Shown piece after piece: positions 11,701 to 19,857 of a stretch of 64,000 bases of DNA. Under the pieces are notes generated by a model, which was not told the origin of the DNA, ran no database searches, and saw nothing but the letters and a program-made list of their open reading frames with translations. The stretch is from NCBI GenBank assembly GCA_043228905.1, contig JBHGNT010000014.1:1798001-1862000 (forward strand), given 5' to 3'. A program made the position numbers and the translations under genes. Every line of letters begins with the position of its first letter. Position 1 is the first letter of the stretch. Origin of the DNA: Azolla caroliniana. Its lineage: Eukaryota; Plantae; Polypodiophyta.

Positions 11701-12158
11701 AATGTATCATGACATGGGACAAATGTGGAGGCTCACGCTTCACACATTATACTACACATGTTGCACCTAACTACAAAACCATATTCTTTGCGGAACGGGG
11801 AAATCGTACACATCCATACATGTTAGAGCCCATACCGTTATCTGCCATTCGAACCATTGCTTCCATGCGACTTAGCTCACATGCATTGCGATGTGAAACA
11901 GGGCGTTGGGGTACAAGTGATGAGAGTGGTCGGTTATGCACACTTTGCCCTAAACAAGTTCGCGAGTCTGAGTATCACACTTTGATACAATGCTCTGCCT
12001 TTGATCATATTCGACCATGCTTTCCACATCTCTTCGATCGAGCCCAATCTTTGCATGAATTCCTCTCACAACCACAATGTGCACTCTCGATTGCAACATT
12101 CATTGGTAAAGTTCTTGAACATCGAGAGTCACTACTCACTTTCACACGTATCACGTGA
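8784..12158 (+). CDS. LINE ORF2: APE endonuclease, reverse transcriptase and C-terminal CCHC; non-AUG start
   Basis: FWNCNG, ETW, GDMNAR, IDY, SDHRP (APE); QAGFR, FVDFKKAFD, QGCPLSP, YADD, YLG (RT); RLCTLC..ESEYH..QC. Uninterrupted 1124 aa. Confidence 0.96.
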   Translation: MIYETNPRLLRLCFWNCNGYPWNAGFGIEEFTNDSDITLLVETWEHDTQRIQGLGNYNVHSLIWKKNPRQRRGQGGVACLIKKEIEKYVSIIKNDENKCYIWLKIETPNDLPTFVVGCYIPHQDSNFYACLDKDQPFANLEDDIAYFKSKGEVIVFGDMNARTRSFQLDSQESFMPHISRMQEDMQMYNRSSSDEKDPDQFGKLLLQMCNSTGLLIANGISLWPNTNGFTCRKYNGNSVIDYVLLSEGILDRIHKFSLGEWTPESDHRPLCIDLKCMHRFDCEKAIEDNKQPHLSMNLKRAPMYSKMVEDMLQMTKIQHGATLECKWEDFKKVILSCTNKCFSTNRTSWKCTKKLRKKWFDKECREARKCLMVLDVVKDKENYQKHLHEYKRLIQRKRRIWEVTQQFIQTQEKAHACAKFWGNLKGKRVESYGDLTLHDLSMHCKNLYELSLAGKMMCYGSLSHMPSFFTIEDICIGLKKLASRKASDLQCIKAEMLKWTGKEAHIWISDMFNDALQHGMPYDWTTNWIKPLHKGGDINNVNNYRTIMVGSLMAKLFGCIMESKISVWAEKSGKRAYGQAGFRKHHSTIDHLITLRVLMEESRLRGKGLYCCFVDFKKAFDMVPREHLWRRMEELEVPSEYMLAISRIYEKVICCVRMKDKLSDFFKSTIGVKQGCPLSPTLFGLCIDELEEMVTKFAKEECVEEVAIGNVVIMLLLYADDVVLFANTLGDAQKLMKALEKFCMHTKLSVNSSKTKIMLVKSQKRDKPCIMYNNEPLECVESFKYLGLEVPSNHRWNECATRRFEAGKRAYYAFENTCNLGDIKCWVLKKYLFDTLVTPVLLYGVEVWGGSIPKSMWKEFENVQKHFLTKFLQVKKQTPYTLLLLETGSLPIEIMAMERVVEYMLKVQKSPSHRLPRIAWEASKKIQKTHKSKILCSGWMQDIEKWFGRWDARHLLHDASLDSSVNEAFLQRQCIMTWDKCGGSRFTHYTTHVAPNYKTIFFAERGNRTHPYMLEPIPLSAIRTIASMRLSSHALRCETGRWGTSDESGRLCTLCPKQVRESEYHTLIQCSAFDHIRPCFPHLFDRAQSLHEFLSQPQCALSIATFIGKVLEHRESLLTFTRIT

Positions 12159-12381
12159 AATGTAATATTTTTGGTCTCATAGGTCATATTTGATCTCCGA
12201 AGACGATAATATAATCTATCTATCTATCTATCTCTCTCTCTCACTCACTCATTCCTTCTCTCAAAGTTCGACACCTCTCATAGTACTAATCCTTCTCTGT
12301 CTTAGTACTATTCCCCAACAATAGTACTAATCCTTCTTTTAGTACTAATTCCTTCTCTGCCTTAATAGAGTTCCTGACAGT

Positions 12382-12393
12382 TTGAACCGATTT
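12382..12393 (+). promoter_or_regulatory. Self-priming PBS complementary to the putative transcript 5' end
   Basis: TTGAACCGATTT is the exact reverse complement of AAATCGGTTCAA (7502-7513), which lies about 30 nt after TATAAAA; no tRNA-type TGG PBS. Confidence 0.8.
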
Positions 12394-12480
12394 TTGGGTG
12401 CCTGTCTGGTCTTTTCTCTCCCTCTTCCTTCTGTCTCCCTCCTTTCCTACTAGTCTCTTATTTCCCTTTTCCTTCATCCC

Positions 12481-13650
12481 ATGGCCACCGTTAGCGCTGA
12501 AGAGTATCAATCCGTTTTCTCGGAATTTCAATGCTTGAAAGAGAAGTTTCATGCTTTGGAACAAGAAAATCAACGCTTGTTGGGGGATCTTCAGCAAATT
12601 TCCTTAGAAAAGCAGCAAACGCAACAACAGCATGGGGAACTTGCGTTACGCGTGCAACAACTCGAAGCAACCATCGTAGCAATGCAACAACAAGGGCACG
12701 GAGCACAAGGGATTCATAAAGAACCCAAGATTGGCCTTCCCACGAAGTTCGATGGAACGCGATCGCAGTTTAGAGGGTTTCTTAACCAGGTACGGTTAGT
12801 TATTCAAATGCATCCGTCCCGATATCCCACCGATGCATCACGAGTGGGTTTAGTAGGCACGTTGTTAAATGGCTCAGCATTAGCATGGTTCGCTCCGCTA
12901 CTAGAAAAGGAATCTCCAGTACTAAATAATTTTGAAGAATTCATAAGTGAGTTTAAAGCATGTTTTGGAGATACTGACAGCATAAGGACTGCAATCAACA
13001 AAATCCGGCGATTACGCCAAGGTGACCGTCCAGCCTCCGCATATGCTGCAGATTTCCGCCTACTCGCCGCCGATATCCCCTGGGATGATCAAGCATTGAT
13101 GGAGCAGTTCCGCTATGGTCTACGCAACGATGTCAAGGATTTACTCTTGACTTTCCCTGAAGAGCCAAAATCATTAACAGAAGCAATCAGTCGAGCGGTC
13201 AGATGTGACAACCGCCTCTTCGAGCGACGTTCGGAACGACAATTTCAGATGCCGAGGGCAAGATCCGAGCCTACCTATGCCTCAGTGGTAGCAAAACCTT
13301 TTCAAAGGGAGTCACATAATGCGCCTCCAGTAAGTACTCCAACTCCAATGGAAATTGACACTACACGTCGTCGTGGGCCGCTATCGGAGGAGGAAAAGCA
13401 ACGACGCCGAACAAACCGATTATGCCTTTATTGCGGTGGACCAGGGCATATCGCGATAAACTGTCCCCATAGACCAAGAAGGCAGGTAAACCAAGTCGTT
13501 GTTAGTTCTGACTATACTAAACCCGAGTCTATTTCAGTAGGAATCTCTGATAGTCCTCATAGTCATAATAGTCCTAATAGTACTAATAGTCCGAATCTCG
13601 CAAACAAATTTGATGTCCTTAGCCAATTAGAAGAAGAGTTAAACGACTAA
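12481..13650 (+). CDS. gag: Chromovirus Gag (PEG10/sushi-like capsid plus CCHC knuckle)
   Basis: PTKFDGTRSQFRGFL, LRQGDRPASAYAADF, PMEID, LCLYCGGPGHIAINC. Confidence 0.95.
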   Translation: MATVSAEEYQSVFSEFQCLKEKFHALEQENQRLLGDLQQISLEKQQTQQQHGELALRVQQLEATIVAMQQQGHGAQGIHKEPKIGLPTKFDGTRSQFRGFLNQVRLVIQMHPSRYPTDASRVGLVGTLLNGSALAWFAPLLEKESPVLNNFEEFISEFKACFGDTDSIRTAINKIRRLRQGDRPASAYAADFRLLAADIPWDDQALMEQFRYGLRNDVKDLLLTFPEEPKSLTEAISRAVRCDNRLFERRSERQFQMPRARSEPTYASVVAKPFQRESHNAPPVSTPTPMEIDTTRRRGPLSEEEKQRRRTNRLCLYCGGPGHIAINCPHRPRRQVNQVVVSSDYTKPESISVGISDSPHSHNSPNSTNSPNLANKFDVLSQLEEELND

Positions 13651-13690
13651 GTCCAGCCAAAATAGGAGCCGTTTGGTTGGACAGCCCTAG
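13638..13690 (+). promoter_or_regulatory. -1 ribosomal frameshift signal (G UUA AAC plus stem/pseudoknot)
   Basis: pol is in the -1 frame; 6-nt spacer; 11-bp stem 13651-13661/13672-13682; loop UAGG can pair with CCUA 13686-13689. Confidence 0.8.
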
Positions 13691-16600
13691 ATCTGTGCAG
13701 CCCATTAGTGGTTCCATTCCCTCTAAGCAAGTTAGTGATGTGTTCGTAGCCCAAGTAGCAGTTAGTACTAAAAGTACCCCTCCAGTACATACCTTAGCCC
13801 TTCTAGATTCCGGAGCTAATTCTTGCTTCATGGATAGGAATTTTGCCCGAGCTCATCAGATATCTCTCAGAAAGCTCCCATGTCCAGCCTCAGTAGTAGT
13901 CATTGATGGTCGTCCCATTGCTTCTGGTAATATCATAGAAGAGTCGGAACCCGTTAATATTGTCCTAGATAACTTAACATGTGTAGTATCATTTAATATT
14001 ATTAGTATTCCAGAACATCCCATAGTTTTAGGATTACCATGGTTCGAGTTACATAACCCAGACATAGATTGGAGGACAAGGGAAATCCGGTTGCGACAAA
14101 CCCAAGGATCTACCCAGAAGGTTGCAACCATTTCGCTACGTCAGTTGCGTGAGGAAGGGCGCAAGGAGGAAATGTTTCTCTTCGCAATATCAGTACAACC
14201 CTCCAACACCACCAAAGAGGAGTCCACCGTTCAACTTCCCGAGAAGTATCGTCAGTATGCTGATGTGTTCGATAAAGTACAAGCCAACACACTTCCTCAT
14301 CATCGGCCGTACGATTGCGCCATCGACTTACAACCGGGAAAAGAGCCGCCATGGGGCCCGATCTACAATTTGTCACCAACCGAGCTAGAAGTCCTTCGAG
14401 CCTATATAGAGGAGAATTTGGAGAACGGTTTCATTCGGCATTCGAAATCTCCAGCCGGCGCACCCATTTTCTTCGTCAAGAAAAAAGATGGCTCGCTTCG
14501 ACTCGTTGTAGATTACCGTGGCTTGAATAAGGTCACAGTAAGAAATAGGTATGCTCTTCCCCTTATCTCAAGTCTTTTAGAACGGATCAACGGTGCCAGG
14601 TTCTTCACGAAGATCGACTTACGAGGAGCCTATAACCTCGTACGGATCCGACCAGGAGATGAATGGAAGACCGCGTTTCGCACCAGATATGGGCACTTCG
14701 AGTATACGGTCATGCCGTTCGGACTCACTAATGCGCCGGCAGTCTTCCAGCACATGGCGAATGATATATTTCGAGATCTCTTGGATGATTTTTTGATCAT
14801 CTATTTGGATGATCTACTGGTTTATTCAAAGACCCAAGAAGAACATGATTCTCATGTACTATTAGTACTAAAACGACTTCGAGAACATGGTCTGTATGCA
14901 AAGTTAGAGAAATGTAGTTTCGGGTGCAACCAAGTGGAATTTCTCGGCTATGTCATCTCCTCAGAAGGCATATCTATGGACCCAACCAAGGTCAAAACGG
15001 TGATAGAATGGCACACTCCGCGTTCGGTGCGGGATGTGCAATGCTTCCTAGGCTTTGCAAATTTTTACCAGAAGTTCATACAAAATTACTCAAAAATTGT
15101 GCTGCCTCTCACACAGCTCACCAGGAAGGGACAATCATTCATTTGGTCTAAAGAGACGGACATGGCTTTCGAGAGTCTTAAGAAGGCGTTTACATCAGCT
15201 CCAATTTTAGGTCATGTGGATCCGGAAAAACCATTCATTATCGAAGCTGACGCATCGGATTTCGCATTGGGGAGCATTCTGTCACAACAGGGTAACGACG
15301 AGAAGCTACATCCTGTGGCTTTCCACTCCCGTAAGTTTGACGCCGCCGAAATCAACTACGAAATTCATGATAAAGAGCTATTAGCAATAGTTGATTCTTT
15401 TATGCAATGGAGGCATTTCCTGGAGGGATCTCCTCATCAGGTCACTGTATTCAGTGACCACAAGAACCTTGCCTACTTTCAAGATGCTCGTGTACTGAAT
15501 CGACGTCAAGCTCGGTGGGCCCACTTCCTCACACGCTTCGACTTCAAAATTACATATCGTCCGGGGAAGCACCAAGGGAAGGCAGATGCATTATCACGGC
15601 GTTCGTATCTAACACCACGTCCCGGTGAGCCAGCTTTCGATAACCAGAAGCAAGTAATCTTGGGTCCAGCACGACTGCAAGCAGCACAGGTCTTTGACAT
15701 GCCCGTGGATTCCGACATTACCAATACTATACGTGAGGACTTGAAGACTGACGCTTTCGCCCAAGCTATACTAGCACAAATTGACCCCTCTCGAGCGTCA
15801 TGTTCACAATCACAATCACCAGGTACGGATTATCGGCAATTCAAATACTGTGATGGATTACTCTTCTTTAAAGAACTTTTGTATGTTCCTAATGGTTCTT
15901 GCCGCCTTCGAGTAGTACAAAATTGCCATGACACATATACAGCAGGACATTTTGGTAGTACTAAAACATTAGATTTAGTACAACGATCATTCTGGTGGCC
16001 CCGTATGCGACAATTTGTCGAAGATTTTGTTCGGACTTGCGATACATGCTGCAGAGCGAAAATGCCAAGACATCATCCATATGGTTTATTAGAACCATTA
16101 CCAATTCCAAGCAAGCCATGGCAATCCATTGCTCTTGACTTCATTACAGATCTTCCAGTCTCTAAGGGATTCAGTGCGATTCTCACAGTGGTGGATCGAT
16201 ATACGAAGATGGCTCATTTCTTACCCTGTACTAAAGAAATATCTAGTGAAGACACCGCCGAAATTGTCATGCGGGAAGTATGTCGGCATCATGGACTCCC
16301 TGATAATATCATCAGCGATCGTGGACCCCAGTTTGTGTCAAAATTCTGGAAGCACCTTTTTAAAATGCTGAAGGTCACTTGTAACCTCTCCTCCGGCTAC
16401 CACCCACAAACCGACGGTCAAGCCGAACGAACAAATCAAACACTGGAGCAGTATCTGCGGTGCTTTCTCAACTATCATCAGAATGACTGGGCAGATATTC
16501 TTCAGTTCGCCGAATTTGCCTATAATAACGCTATCCACGCATCGACTAAAGTCACGCCATTCTACGCTTATACGGGATATCATCCCCGGTGGTGTGTCCT

Positions 16601-17234
16601 TGAAACCCCAGAAGTGTCCACAAATCCTTGCGCGGAGGATCGTTTGGAGCGGTTACGCAAGATACAAGCGGATTTATCTACTCAACTCCAGCAAGCTCAA
16701 CAATCACACAAGGACTACGCAGATCGTCATCGACTTCCATCCAGTTTTAACATTGGAGATCGGGTGTGGCTGCTACGACGACACATCAAGACTACTCGCC
16801 CATGTGAGAAGTTGGATTATCGGCGATTAGGTCCTTTCCGTATTATCGGGAAGATTAATGATGTCGCTTTTCGTCTCGAGCTACCTCCGCAACTTCGGAT
16901 ACATCCGGTGTTTCATAGTTCTCTCCTCGAACCCTATCACGAGAGCACTATCCCAGGACGTACTATACAACCACCACCTCCTATCGAGCTGAAAGATGGA
17001 CCTGAGTATGAGGTCGCTGCCATCCTCGATTCCAAGATTGTTCGCAACAAGCTCTACTATCTAGTCGATTGGCTAGGATATAGTCCCAGCGAGCGTACTT
17101 GGGAACCGATCGAGAATGTGACCAATGCTCGTGCTCTTCTAGAAGACTTCCATCGACGATATCCCGAGAAACCAGGTCCTCAATCCAAAACGACTCGTGG
17201 AACTCGTCGTTTTAAAGGGGGGATAGTGTCATAA
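13641..17234 (+). CDS. pol: Chromovirus Pol: protease, RT, RNase H, integrase, chromodomain
   Basis: LLDSGAN, YLDD, ADASDFALG, HHCC, GPF, EYEVAAILDS..YLVDWLGY..TWEP; open from the frameshift site. Confidence 0.97.
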   Translation, partial: KRLSPAKIGAVWLDSPRSVQPISGSIPSKQVSDVFVAQVAVSTKSTPPVHTLALLDSGANSCFMDRNFARAHQISLRKLPCPASVVVIDGRPIASGNIIEESEPVNIVLDNLTCVVSFNIISIPEHPIVLGLPWFELHNPDIDWRTREIRLRQTQGSTQKVATISLRQLREEGRKEEMFLFAISVQPSNTTKEESTVQLPEKYRQYADVFDKVQANTLPHHRPYDCAIDLQPGKEPPWGPIYNLSPTELEVLRAYIEENLENGFIRHSKSPAGAPIFFVKKKDGSLRLVVDYRGLNKVTVRNRYALPLISSLLERINGARFFTKIDLRGAYNLVRIRPGDEWKTAFRTRYGHFEYTVMPFGLTNAPAVFQHMANDIFRDLLDDFLIIYLDDLLVYSKTQEEHDSHVLLVLKRLREHGLYAKLEKCSFGCNQVEFLGYVISSEGISMDPTKVKTVIEWHTPRSVRDVQCFLGFANFYQKFIQNYSKIVLPLTQLTRKGQSFIWSKETDMAFESLKKAFTSAPILGHVDPEKPFIIEADASDFALGSILSQQGNDEKLHPVAFHSRKFDAAEINYEIHDKELLAIVDSFMQWRHFLEGSPHQVTVFSDHKNLAYFQDARVLNRRQARWAHFLTRFDFKITYRPGKHQGKADALSRRSYLTPRPGEPAFDNQKQVILGPARLQAAQVFDMPVDSDITNTIREDLKTDAFAQAILAQIDPSRASCSQSQSPGTDYRQFKYCDGLLFFKELLYVPNGSCRLRVVQNCHDTYTAGHFGSTKTLDLVQRSFWWPRMRQFVEDFVRTCDTCCRAKMPRHHPYGLLEPLPIPSKPWQSIALDFITDLPVSKGFSAILTVVDRYTKMAHFLPCTKEISSEDTAEIVMREVCRHHGLPDNIISDRGPQFVSKFWKHLFKMLKVTCNLSSGYHPQTDGQAERTNQTLEQYLRCFLNYHQNDWADILQFAEFAYNNAIHASTKVTPFYAYTGYHPRWCVLETPEVSTNPCAEDRLERLRKIQADLSTQLQQAQQSHKDYADRHRLPSSFNIGDRVWLLRRHIKTTRPCEKLDYRRLGPFRIIGKINDVAFRLELPPQLRIHPVFHSSLLEPYHESTIPGRTIQPPPPIELKDGPEYEVAAILDSKIVRNKLYYLVDWLGYSPSERTWEPIENVTNARALLEDFHRRYPEKPGPQSKTTRGTRRFKGGIVS

Positions 17235-17516
17235 CTAGACTCGAACCCATAACCTTTTGTTACACGGGTCGAGACTTTACCATTAGGTTATGAATTGTAA
17301 TTTGAAGGATATTATTTTCATTTAGGTTTTATTGGGAAATTGATGTATATTCCAGATTTCTCTGGAACATTCTAGAAACTTCAGGAGTATTCCTGAAGAC
17401 ACTATAAAAGGAGGCGCAAGGCATTAGTTCGAACCAAATCGGTTCAACGCCAGTCTTAAGCCTTCTAACTACTGTTGTATATCTTCCTTCATATAATACA
17501 TATATCTTTCGCATCA

Positions 17517-17558
<42 letters not shown>

Positions 17559-19706
17559 ACTCATTCCTTCTCTCAAAGTTCGACACCTCTCATAGTACTA
17601 ATCCTTCTCTGTCTTAGTACTATTCCCCAACAATAGTACTAATCCTTCTTTTAGTACTAATTCCTTCTCTGCCTTAATAGAGTTCCTGACAGCAAGCCCC
17701 GCGTGCCTGGAACGCGAAGATCACGAAGCAACTACATCGGATGGGCTTTGCGACGTCGAAATCAGACTCCTCACTGTTCATCCGAAAAGGTCGACTCAGA
17801 CCGGTTAGTATTTTACTTTATGTTGATGACTTGGTCATCACCGGCGCTGACCTAAGTGAAATCGACCGTGTGAAGCTCCAGCTTGCGGCATCATTCGACA
17901 TGAAGGATCTGGGGGACCTTCGTTACTTCCTCGGGATCGAAGTGATTCGCACCCCCGAAGGCATACTGATCAACTAACAACATTACGTGCTGAGTATGCT
18001 CTTCAAATTCGGGATGGCTGATTGTAAGTCCGTCTCGACTCCTCTGGATAGAACCGTCAAGCTTTGCCCCGATTCCGGAAAGGTATGCGACCCGACAAGG
18101 TTCCGACCTCAGTTACCCGATCCGACCTCAGTTACCCGGTCGGGGTGATCAGTCAGTTCATGGCGCGACTGACTGAGGGGCACCTTCAATGTGCGCAACG
18201 CGTACTTCGGTACGTCAGCGACACTAAGGACTGAGGGCTACTATATCGGACCTGTACAACCGCGCAGTTGGTCGGCTACACCGATGCTGATTGGGCCAAT
18301 AATGCCGCTGATCGCCGATTCACGTCCAGATACGCGTTCTCTATTGGGAGTGTGGCAATCGCGTGGAGTAGCAAGAAGCAGCCGATAGTTGCGTTGTCGA
18401 GCACTGAAGCCAAGTATAGAGGAGTGGCTGTCGCGACATGTGAAGCCATATGGTTGAAGCGGCTACTTAAGGATCTGCAGGTTGACGTATCCGATCCAAC
18501 GACAATCTACTGCGACAACCTCAACAACATCCAGCTAGCAAAGAACCCCGTCTTCCATGCCCAGACTAAGCACATTGAGGTGCACTACCATTTTGTCCGT
18601 GAGCTTGTCCTCTCCAGTGAAGTCGAACTTCAATATGTTATGATGGATCGGCAGGCTGTCGACATCTTCACCAAGCCTCTTGGTTTGGACAAGTTGCGGC
18701 AGTTCTCGGGTGCGCTTGGGGTGCGTCACCTCGACGTGCCGAACTTGAGGGGGAGAGATGTCCCGAATGACCACATGAGGGGGAGAGACGTCCCAAAGAG
18801 GAGAGAAGCTCCAAAAGACTGCGAAACTGAACCGCAAAGCCAAACTGGATCGGTTGAAGAAGTCGAGGGTGAATCCGTGGAAGATTCTGAAAGTGGACAT
18901 AAGGGGAGCAGTCGAAAGAAAGAGCCGAAGCCAACCAAGCGTGGGGGAGACGGAGCCATCAAGGGCGAGAAGACCGAAGACGAGTTGGAGACAACCAACT
19001 CGGACGAGAGCGAAAACTGATTGGAGGAAGCCGAGTCGGTTCGGATGTTCGAGTCGGATACGCCGAATCAACCAAGGGCCAAGCGGAAGAGAAGGCAACA
19101 GAAGAGGCACCAACACCGCAACAACAAGGAAGTTGAGAAGGGCCGTGTGAGCAGACAAGCTGACCGGAAGGGTCGAGGCGCACGGAATCGAACAGGTCGA
19201 GGAGTGCGAGCGAGGCGTGGAGCCAGGAGGAACGAGAGCGATGATCCGGAAGAACCCGAAGAGCCTCAAGTTGAGCTTGAGGGGGAGTGTTGAGAGACAA
19301 GCTCAACATCGGCCGGATCGGCTGAGCAAGTCGAGGACCGGATCGGTTGGGACCGATAGGTGAGGCCGAACTGGTGCGTAAACCGGTGCGCAACAAGAAG
19401 CTGTAGCGGTGCGTAAACCGCGAGGCCGTTGGAAAGATATTCCGCGTAGGAATATATTTTGGGAGTTAGTGTAGAGCTCATTTATGAGCATTGAAGTATG
19501 TGTCAATACTTCTATCAGTCCGTATGGACTTGTATAAAAGTGCTCACTGAGCACATCCTATTTACAGATTAAGTATTATTTTGAATTGAATTTCTGTGTG
19601 TCTTCTCTCTCTCTCTCTCGCGTACTGTGTATATTCGAGCTCTCCATTAAACCTGCGTATTTTCTGTGTTCGGTTTTCTACTTGCTTCCGCACGCTATTC
19701 TTCACA

Positions 19707-19857
19707 ATATGTAACTCATTAGTTATGTGTCATAGAATGTTCTATGACACATAGTTAATGTGTAGAGAGTAGTGGTGTGACTCTTGACCTTTGAGTAATC
19801 ATAGATTCTCAAAAGGTGTGTTCACACGTTGCACTATGTTGAGCTTGATTCTCAACA
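19707..19857 (-). mobile_element. Partial family-A LTR (U3 end), inverted
   Basis: Reverse complement of about 3301-3445, including the TATGTGTCATAGAA palindrome. Confidence 0.85.

Larger units (their letters stand above)
7621..12230 (+). mobile_element. Full-length APE-type LINE (RTEX or CR1/L2-group-like) inserted in the (TC)n tract of the 5' LTR
   Basis: Absent from the 3' LTR; 5' UTR, ORF1, ORF2, 3' stem-loop (12174-12204) and (ATCT)n tail; (TC)17 on the left and (TC)6 duplicated on the right. Confidence 0.93.
7293..17691 (+). mobile_element. Intact Ty3/gypsy chromovirus (Tcn1 / Tf1-sushi group), very recent insertion
   Basis: LTRs 7293-12379 (split by a LINE) and 17227-17691 (465 bp, TGTCA...TGACA), identical by eye; TSD GCAAG at 7288-7292 and 17692-17696; open gag and pol; PPT AAAGGGGGGATAG. 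Confidence 0.97.
5867..19706 (+). mobile_element. Copia family B 3' portion (IN-RT-RNaseH-tail, PPT, 3' LTR 19288-19706), split by the chromovirus at 7293-17691
   Basis: [54 protein letters not shown] reads SLYGLKQ|APRAWN across the insertion. PPT GAGGGGGAG before TGTTG. Confidence 0.92.

Noticed and set aside
12481-17234. Domesticated PEG10/RTL1-like host gene
   Set aside because: Flanked by identical LTRs, PPT and TSD; it is a transposon.
7293-17691. A single composite retroelement encoding two reverse transcriptases
   Set aside because: The LINE is in only one LTR and has its own tail and target duplication, so it inserted after integration.
18535-19396. Antisense ORFs of 244 and 145 aa
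   Set aside because: Shadows of the purine-rich sense tail; no recognisable motifs.
3301-19857. Giant element bounded by about 150-bp inverted repeats
   Set aside because: The two ends are separate family-A LTR copies in opposite orientation; no TSD.
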